From an uncultured Pseudomonadota bacterium (GTDB taxonomy: Bacteria; Pseudomonadota; Alphaproteobacteria; RF32; CAG-239), in NCBI GenBank assembly GCA_902761535.1, contig CACWKS010000001.1, positions 26,177 to 90,176 of the forward strand: 64,000 nt of DNA, written 5' to 3'. Each line of letters opens with the position of its first letter. Positions within the stretch are counted from its first letter, which is position 1. The position numbers were made by a program, and so were the translations under genes. The notes under the pieces were generated by a model. That model did not search any database. It had not been told where the DNA came from and saw nothing but the letters and a program-made list of their open reading frames with translations. Below, one piece after another: positions 57,156 through 64,000 of this stretch.

Positions 57156-58448
57156 CTATTTTGCCGGAACATAAACATTAAGCGCTTTAACCAAATCAAC
57201 CGCTCTTAATAATTGATAATCTTTACGCCAATCCTGATCTTCTTCTTTAGTATTTTTATCTTTTTTATCATTTTTAATTGTTTCATTCTTCAAAGCATTT
57301 TTATACTCAGCTTCACTAAATCCGTATTCATCAGCAAACTCTTCCAATTTTGCCGGATGAACAACGACATCCGGTTCAATACCCGTAGCTTGAATTGAAC
57401 GTCCTGAAGGTGTATAATAACGAGCCGTCGTAACTCTCATTGCCCCATATTGTCCTAATGGAATCACTGTTTGAACACTTCCCTTACCAAAAGATTTTTC
57501 ACCCAAAACTACCGCTCGTTTATGATCCTGCAACGCTCCGGCAACAATTTCCGAAGCAGATGCGGATCCGTTATTAATCAAAACAACTATCGGCAAACCG
57601 TTTGTTATATCTTTACCTTTAGCCGAATAACGCAACGTTTCTTCTTCATTACGAGCTCGGGTTGAAACTACTTCACCTTTATCCAAAAACAAACTTGAAA
57701 CAGCTACGGCCTGGTCAAGCAATCCCCCGGGATTATTACGCACATCTAAAACCAATCCTTTAAGATTACCCTCACTGTTCTTTACTGCTTTCTTATATGC
57801 TTTCTCAATATCTTCTGCAACATCTTCGGAAAAAGAACCTACCCGCACATACAAAACATTTTCATCTTTAATTTCGCTTTTAACCGACTGAGTTTTAATT
57901 TCTTCTCTTTTCAAAACCACATCAAACGGCTTTTCGTTAGCTCTGCGTATCGTCAATTTAACCTTTGTCCCCGGTTTACCACGCATTTTATCTACAGCTT
58001 CATTCAGAGTCATGCCGATAATTGTCTCACCGTCAATATTAGTAACATAATCCCCCGGTTTTAATCCGGCTCGATATGCCGGTGTATCATCAATCGGCGA
58101 AACAATCTTAACCACACCTTGCTCCATGGTAATTTCTATCCCCAAACCGCCGAACTTACCCGAAGTCTGCTCATTCATATACTTAAAATCTTTTTCATCT
58201 AAATAGCTGGAATGAGGATCCAATGAGGTCAACATACCGTTGATAGCAGCCTCAATTAATTTCTTATCGGAAACTTCTTCAACATAAGCTGCTTTGGTAC
58301 GTTCCATAACTTCACCAAACAAATTAAGCAGCTCATAAATATTAGCTTCCTTATCCATTGTCTCGGACTTTGCCCACCCCGCCTGCACCGGCAAAATCGC
58401 AACAAACAACACAGCTAACAACCATTTCTTTAACATTTCAAACCTCAT
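57156..58448 (-). CDS. ctpA: Carboxy-terminal processing protease (S41)
   Basis: LDPHS, FGGLGIE PDZ, DVRNNPGGLL, SASASEIVAGALQD, FGKGSVQ. Confidence 0.93.
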   Translation of the reverse strand: MRFEMLKKWLLAVLFVAILPVQAGWAKSETMDKEANIYELLNLFGEVMERTKAAYVEEVSDKKLIEAAINGMLTSLDPHSSYLDEKDFKYMNEQTSGKFGGLGIEITMEQGVVKIVSPIDDTPAYRAGLKPGDYVTNIDGETIIGMTLNEAVDKMRGKPGTKVKLTIRRANEKPFDVVLKREEIKTQSVKSEIKDENVLYVRVGSFSEDVAEDIEKAYKKAVKNSEGNLKGLVLDVRNNPGGLLDQAVAVSSLFLDKGEVVSTRARNEEETLRYSAKGKDITNGLPIVVLINNGSASASEIVAGALQDHKRAVVLGEKSFGKGSVQTVIPLGQYGAMRVTTARYYTPSGRSIQATGIEPDVVVHPAKLEEFADEYGFSEAEYKNALKNETIKNDKKDKNTKEEDQDWRKDYQLLRAVDLVKALNVYVPAK

Positions 58449-58451
58449 ATT

Positions 58452-59648
58452 CTAAATTTTAAACCACGCAGCCGGATTAATCGGCTGATTATTCTTACGA
58501 ATTTCAATATATAACTTAGCCTCACCGCTTTCTGGCATTTTACCTATCGGTTCTCCGGCTAATAATATTTGTCCGGTTTCCACATCTATACTGCCTAAAC
58601 CTGACAACAAAGATAAATACCCTCCGTCATGTTCCACAATAATCATATCCCCATAGCTTCTAAACGGACCGGCAAAAGCAACCACTCCGTCAAACGGAGA
58701 AATTACTTGAGCTCCTGACCGCGTAGCTACCGTTAATCCCTTGCTAAAAACTCCCTGATTTTGCTGATCACCGTAATGCGAAACAATATTTCCCCTTGCC
58801 GGTAACGGCAAACTTCCTTTTGCCTTTGCAAAACCACTTGCTATATTAGTTATAGAATCTTGCTTTGATTTAATCAAGTCAGCAGATTGTTTTTCCTCTA
58901 GTTTTCTTTTTTCAATTCTCTGTTGACGTTGTTTTTCTATTTTTTGTAACAGCTCTTTCAAATCACGAGCCTGTTCCGCTAGCTTATTCATATTTCTACG
59001 AGCTTGTTCACTCTTTTTTTCCACCTTACTTTTCAGCGAAGCCTTTGCTTGAGCCAGTTTTTTCATACGATTATGTTCATTTTGCATATTTTTTTTCTGC
59101 TTGCTTATTTCGGCAATTTGCTTTTCCACCCTAGACTTCTTTAAACTAACTTCGGAAAAATAATCTCTTATTTGTTGAGCACTTTCTTCCAAAAAAGGAA
59201 CCGCTTCTCGCAACACCATTGCACTCCTGATAATATCAACCGGCGACAATGGTTGAACCAATAACGATTCTGTAGGTTTCATCGCCAAATTTTGCAATGC
59301 CGACAGCGTCTTTACCAAGTTACCGTTTTCTCTGCCAAAAGATTTTTGACTGTCTTCTAAATCCCGTTGTAATATTTCCAACTGTTTTTCCATTCTTGAC
59401 AATTTATCTTCACTGTTTTGAATGGCTCTTGCCGTCGAAATCATTTCTTTATTTACTTTATCAAGTTCTTGTCCTATAGAATCAGCCTGTTTTTGCAATT
59501 TTTGATGTTCTGCACTTTGTTGCTCAACTTGAGCTTCCACTCTTTTCAAATCGGCACTGGACACAGTTCCTGCCTTTGCGATATCATCAATAAAAATACC
59601 GCAAATAACCAAAACTATACCGATAACAAAAGCTCTGCAGTCCATCAA
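58452..59648 (-). CDS. envC: Murein hydrolase activator EnvC (coiled coil plus M23/LytM domain)
   Basis: Long coiled coil; VAFAGPFRSYG, LYIEIRK...PINPAAW. Confidence 0.85.
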   Translation of the reverse strand: MMDCRAFVIGIVLVICGIFIDDIAKAGTVSSADLKRVEAQVEQQSAEHQKLQKQADSIGQELDKVNKEMISTARAIQNSEDKLSRMEKQLEILQRDLEDSQKSFGRENGNLVKTLSALQNLAMKPTESLLVQPLSPVDIIRSAMVLREAVPFLEESAQQIRDYFSEVSLKKSRVEKQIAEISKQKKNMQNEHNRMKKLAQAKASLKSKVEKKSEQARRNMNKLAEQARDLKELLQKIEKQRQQRIEKRKLEEKQSADLIKSKQDSITNIASGFAKAKGSLPLPARGNIVSHYGDQQNQGVFSKGLTVATRSGAQVISPFDGVVAFAGPFRSYGDMIIVEHDGGYLSLLSGLGSIDVETGQILLAGEPIGKMPESGEAKLYIEIRKNNQPINPAAWFKI

Positions 59649-61181
59649 CTATCTTTCCAACAAAGACTCACCTGTCATTTCTTTAGGTTGTCTGATTCCC
59701 AAAAGTTCAAGCATTGTCGGAGCCACATCGGCCAAACATCCGTCTTTCAGCTTTTTCACGCCGCTTTTATCATTAACCAGCACGATTTGCACTTTTCCGA
59801 CCGTATGTGCCGTATAAGGTTCGCCGGTATTTTCATCAACCATTTTTTCCACATTGCCGTGATCAGCCGTTACCAATAAAACACCGCCGACTTTTTCGAT
59901 TGCCTCAACAACTTTTCCCAAACATTCATCGACTGCTGCCACAGCTTTCAATGCTGCATTCATAATACCGGTATGTCCGACCATATCCCCATTGGCAAAA
60001 TTGCAAATTATCATATCAAATTCTTGATTATTAATAGCTTTCTCTAAATGTTCGGTAACTTCATAAACGCTCATTTCCGGCTTTAAATCATAAGTTGCTA
60101 CTTTCGGTGAGGGCACCAAAATTCTCTGTTCGCCGTCAAATTCTCTCTCTTCTCCGCCATTAAAGAAAAAGGTAACATGGGCATATTTTTCGGTTTCGGC
60201 AATACGCAACTGTGTCAATCCTGCCTCTGAAACCACTTCACCCAATATATTGGTTAATTGCTCCGGCGGAAAGATTGTCTGCATAAATCTTTGATGATCA
60301 ACCGAATATTCCGTCATACCGACACAAGCCGATAATTGAAAAGTTTTTTGCCTTGTAAAACAATTAAAGTCCTTATCTCCTAAAGCGTACAGAATCTCTC
60401 TGGCTCGATCTGCTCTGAAATTTGCCATCAATACGGCATCACCGTCTTCGATTCCTTTATAATCACCAATCACACACGGAACAATAAATTCATCGGTCAC
60501 CTCTTTGGCATAAGATGCCTTAATTGCCTCGTCAGGCTTAGCAAATCTTTCACCCTGTGCCAAAGCAATCGCATTATATGCCTTTTCGATTCTGTCCCAA
60601 CGTTTATCTCTGTCCATTGCATAATATCTTCCGGAAACCGTCACGATTCTGACATTCTTCAATCCTGAAATATCTTTCTCAAATTGTGCCACATAACCTT
60701 CACCTGACATCGGAGGAGTATCACGTCCGTCAGTAAACGCATGAACAGCAACCTTAACCCCTGCATCTGACAAGATTTTTGCCAAAGCCGCTATATGGCT
60801 CTGCATTGAATGAACCCCGCCCGGTGACATCAACCCCATCAAATGACAAGTTTTGTCTTTAACCTTCACTTTGGCAATCAAGTCTTGCAAAACTTCATTT
60901 TTAGCCAAACTGCCGTCTTTAATACTCATATCAATCTTTGGCAAATCCTGCATAACCACTCTGCCGGCACCCAAATTGGTATGCCCGACCTCCGAATTTC
61001 CCATTTGCCCGTCCGGCAATCCGACAGCCAAACCTGAAGTTTCAACAAACCCGTGCGGATAAGTTCTCAACAATTTATGCCAATTAGGTGTATTTCCGTT
61101 TTCAATCGCATTATCTGCGGTAACCTTTTCACGGTAACCCCAACCGTCCAAAATCAGCAACATAACCGGTTTTTGTTTCAT
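59649..61181 (-). CDS. gpmI: 2,3-bisphosphoglycerate-independent phosphoglycerate mutase
   Basis: LILDGWG, GQMGNSEVGH, DGRDTPP, GRYYAMDRD, AETEKYAHVT, DMVGHTG, TADHGN. Confidence 0.97.
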   Translation of the reverse strand: MKQKPVMLLILDGWGYREKVTADNAIENGNTPNWHKLLRTYPHGFVETSGLAVGLPDGQMGNSEVGHTNLGAGRVVMQDLPKIDMSIKDGSLAKNEVLQDLIAKVKVKDKTCHLMGLMSPGGVHSMQSHIAALAKILSDAGVKVAVHAFTDGRDTPPMSGEGYVAQFEKDISGLKNVRIVTVSGRYYAMDRDKRWDRIEKAYNAIALAQGERFAKPDEAIKASYAKEVTDEFIVPCVIGDYKGIEDGDAVLMANFRADRAREILYALGDKDFNCFTRQKTFQLSACVGMTEYSVDHQRFMQTIFPPEQLTNILGEVVSEAGLTQLRIAETEKYAHVTFFFNGGEEREFDGEQRILVPSPKVATYDLKPEMSVYEVTEHLEKAINNQEFDMIICNFANGDMVGHTGIMNAALKAVAAVDECLGKVVEAIEKVGGVLLVTADHGNVEKMVDENTGEPYTAHTVGKVQIVLVNDKSGVKKLKDGCLADVAPTMLELLGIRQPKEMTGESLLER

Positions 61182-61263
61182 TTTTTTATTCCTTATCAAA
61201 CTTAAAATTTCAAAATTGAACCCATTATATATAATATTTTTCAAACCAAAAGCACTATTTTAT

Positions 61264-63054
61264 CTATCTGCGCATAATTTCTTGCCATATTTTGGCCGGC
61301 AACCCCGAACCGTAAACCCCTTTCATCGGTGAATTATCATCATTTCCGACCCAAACCGCAGCCACCAGCTCATCATCAAATCCCACAAACCAAGCATCGC
61401 GATTGTCTTGTGATGTTCCGGTTTTGCCGAATGTTTCTCTGCCGATTCGCACAAATCTTCCTGTACCGGTTTTAACCACTTCACGCATCAGTTTTTTCAT
61501 CACAACCACCGCTTCTTCGCTGATAAGCCGCAAATCTTTCTCCGGCATACGCTGATACAATTGATATCCGCTGTTAGTATAAATTTCTTCCACCATATAT
61601 GGCCAAACCGCATATCCTCCGTTAGCAATTACCGCATAAGCCGCCGCCATATCAACCACTTTAACTGCCGACGTTCCCAAAGCAATTGACAAATCATTAT
61701 TGATTTTTGTGGTGATTCCCAGCTTTTTAGCTGTTTTTCTTACATTTCCGATTCCCACCTTTTGTGCCAAATTAACCGCGGCCAAATTAAGCGATTGTGC
61801 AAAAGCAAACCTTGATGTCACCTCGCCGTAATATTTTTTATCATGATTCTCCGGCTTCCACCCTTTAATGTTAATCGGCTTATCTTCCACCATATCTTTT
61901 GCGGTCATTCCTCTTTCGGCGGCCGTTAAATAAACAAAAGTCTTAAAAGCCGACCCCGGTTGCCGCAACGCTAAAGTTGCACGATTAAATTGGCTCTTGG
62001 CATAAGACACTCCGCCAACCATTGCCTTTATTGCTCCGGTCTTATCCATAACTACTACTGCACCTTGGCTGACATTTTTATCTTTTGCCTCGGCAATAAA
62101 TTTCTGCAACACTTCCGAAGCTTTTTCCTGCAGATTCTGATCCAAAGTAGTCATTGCATACACATCTTCTTGCGGTTCACCGATTCTCGCCAGCACTTCT
62201 GCATATGCCGCATCGGCAAAATACAATCCGTTCTGCACTCTTGCCGGTTTTTCTTGTCCTATGGGTAACCTTAATGCCTGATTATACCCTTTTTCATCTA
62301 ACAAATTTTGTTCACGCAAAATTCCCAAAACCACCTTAGCACGCTCAATAGCTTTTTGTTTTGACGCAATCGGATTATAGCGTGACGGAGCTTTTAACAT
62401 TCCTGCCAAAATTGCCCCTTCCAAAATATTCAAATCCTCCGAATTTTTTTGAAAATAACGATTCGAGGCCGCCTCGATTCCATAGGCACCGTTACCGAAA
62501 TAAACTCTGTTTAAATATAATGATAAAATCTGTTCTTTGGTAAATTTATGCTCCAACCACAACGCCAACAACAATTCCTGAACTTTGCGCGTAATGGTTT
62601 TCTGATTGGTTAAAAACAAATTTTTAGCCACTTGTTGTGTTATTGTCGAACCTCCTTGCGCATATCGCCCCGCAAAGGCATTTACTATCATAGCCCGGCC
62701 AAACGATATCAAATCAAATCCCCAATGCTTATAAAATCTCCTGTCTTCGGTATAAACAATTGCATCAGTCACATGTCTTGGCAAATCTTTTGCCCTGATA
62801 ATTTCCGAATAAACAGCCCCATACGAGTGAATCTCATTGCCGTTTGAAGCAATCAAAGTAGTTGCCGGCAATCTGGTACGATTCACCGCCTGTCCTATAT
62901 CCGGCATAGTATAAATACACCAACCTATATAAGCCGCAGCTACCAAAATCAGCGCCAACATCATACTCAAAACAATTTTTAATTTACGATGTTTGTTTTT
63001 GCGACCGGATTTCCGTTTAGTTGCCGTTTTTTTTGTTTTTTTTGCTTTAACCAC
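61264..63054 (-). CDS. Class A penicillin-binding protein (PBP1A family)
   Basis: EDRRFY, QGGSTITQQVAKNL, RQPGSAFK (SxxK), SLN, GKTGT. Confidence 0.93.
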   Translation of the reverse strand: MVKAKKTKKTATKRKSGRKNKHRKLKIVLSMMLALILVAAAYIGWCIYTMPDIGQAVNRTRLPATTLIASNGNEIHSYGAVYSEIIRAKDLPRHVTDAIVYTEDRRFYKHWGFDLISFGRAMIVNAFAGRYAQGGSTITQQVAKNLFLTNQKTITRKVQELLLALWLEHKFTKEQILSLYLNRVYFGNGAYGIEAASNRYFQKNSEDLNILEGAILAGMLKAPSRYNPIASKQKAIERAKVVLGILREQNLLDEKGYNQALRLPIGQEKPARVQNGLYFADAAYAEVLARIGEPQEDVYAMTTLDQNLQEKASEVLQKFIAEAKDKNVSQGAVVVMDKTGAIKAMVGGVSYAKSQFNRATLALRQPGSAFKTFVYLTAAERGMTAKDMVEDKPINIKGWKPENHDKKYYGEVTSRFAFAQSLNLAAVNLAQKVGIGNVRKTAKKLGITTKINNDLSIALGTSAVKVVDMAAAYAVIANGGYAVWPYMVEEIYTNSGYQLYQRMPEKDLRLISEEAVVVMKKLMREVVKTGTGRFVRIGRETFGKTGTSQDNRDAWFVGFDDELVAAVWVGNDDNSPMKGVYGSGLPAKIWQEIMRR

Positions 63055-63288
63055 GATTCTTTTCCTTTTCTACTCCGATTATATCAGTCAATTTATTAAA
63101 GAACCTTTTATCTTTTTTCTCAAACTGCAACCAACTTGCCACTCGAGTAATTTTCTTGCCGCTATATCCTTGTCTTTATTGCTAAAAACACTAAAAAAGT
63201 GATCAATTTAAACCAACATTTAACCTGTCACCCCTGAGCCGATTGAAACAAAACGATCAAATATGTCATGCCTCAATCGAAATATAAA

Positions 63289-63634
63289 ATGTCACCCCTG
63301 AGCAACTGAAAGTTGCGAATAAGGGGTCTACGAATTTGTCCTTCCCCTTGCAAGCAAGGGGATAAGAGGGGATAAAATACTTCCTTTTTTTGCTTTATTA
63401 AAAAAAATAATTCGAAGATGCCTAACTCCGTTCGCTATCGCTCTCTCCGGGCATGACATTTTTTTATGTCACCCCTGAACAACTGAAAGTTGCGAATAAG
63501 GGGTCTTCGAATTTGCCCTTCCCCTTGCAAGCAAGGGGATAAGAGGGGATAAAATACTTCCTTTTTTGCTTTATTTAAAAAAATAATTCAAAGATGCCTA
63601 ACTCCACTCACTTCGTTCGTTACGGGCATGACAT
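63289..63634. repeat. Two tandem ~171-bp palindromic repeat units (63289-63459 and 63466-63634; period 177)
   Basis: Near-identical copies starting ATGTCACCCCTGA and ending GGGCATGACAT, with internal hairpins. Confidence 0.92.
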
Positions 63635-63681
63635 TAATATTTTTAAGGGTTTGGGATTTATGAGCCACAACTATTCAGGGT

Positions 63682-63926
63682 TTGGGCGAAGCAGATTTAA
63701 GAATAAATATCAGGTTCGGACTTGAGAGGACAAACGAAAAAGTTTTAGAGTTTTGTATCAGCCACAATCGGCATATTCCGCCGCATGTTTGAGCAAGCGC
63801 ATAAGGTCGCTTGCGAGTTCGGCGGGGCTGTGAAAAAACTCTAAAACCGCTTGTCCGACCAGTCCGATGGTTTTTGCGCTACTTTTGACCATTCAAAAGT
63901 AGCTAAAGATTCTCTGCTTCGCCCAA
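63682..63926. repeat. ~245-bp nested palindromic element (MITE-like)
   Basis: 14-bp terminal inverted repeat TTGGGCGAAGCAGA/TCTGCTTCGCCCAA; inner IR GTTTTAGAGTTTT/AAAACTCTAAAAC. Confidence 0.7.
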
Positions 63927-64000
63927 CGGCTTTTGGTTACTTTTGTCCGCACAAAAGTAACATAAATCACAGTCCGACGTTTTTTGGTTACTTTTTGTTG

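Noticed and set aside
63289-63860. CRISPR array (tandem repeats; GTTTTAGAG resembles a type II-A repeat start)
   Set aside because: Units are about 171 bp with no unique spacers; GTTTTAGAG occurs only as one inverted pair; no cas genes are in the window.

Overview
AT-rich bacterial chromosome segment with clear Alphaproteobacterial gene orders: atpIBEF'F, rpsB-tsf, maf-rng-yacG, leuS-lptE-holA and gpmI-envC-ctpA-rppH. Several genes look like gut Firmicutes types, so a host-associated, Rhodospirillales-related gut lineage (RF32-like) is plausible; this is inference. Most of the window is housekeeping. It also holds a 10.4-kb surface-glycan locus (uxs-ugd-galE-glf plus five glycosyltransferases) and a tRNA-Ala(GGC). 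Main leads: (1) an isolated VirD4 coupling-protein gene with no relaxase or virB genes nearby, preceded by co-oriented unknown genes encoding a possible BID-like substrate, an effector-like protein and two paralogous membrane proteins (one with a NERD-like domain), which may be a domesticated T4SS substrate-recruitment module; (2) a shared basic C-terminal tag on four consecutive glycosyltransferases from different families; (3) a 255-bp structured element that duplicates the tRNA-Ala 3' end and its terminator; (4) a Clostridia-type leuS in the native proteobacterial operon, with a duplicated N-terminal motif; (5) isolated fliO-fliP genes, several apparent pseudoenzymes and palindromic repeats at the right end. 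All family assignments come from motif recognition by eye; no database searches were run.
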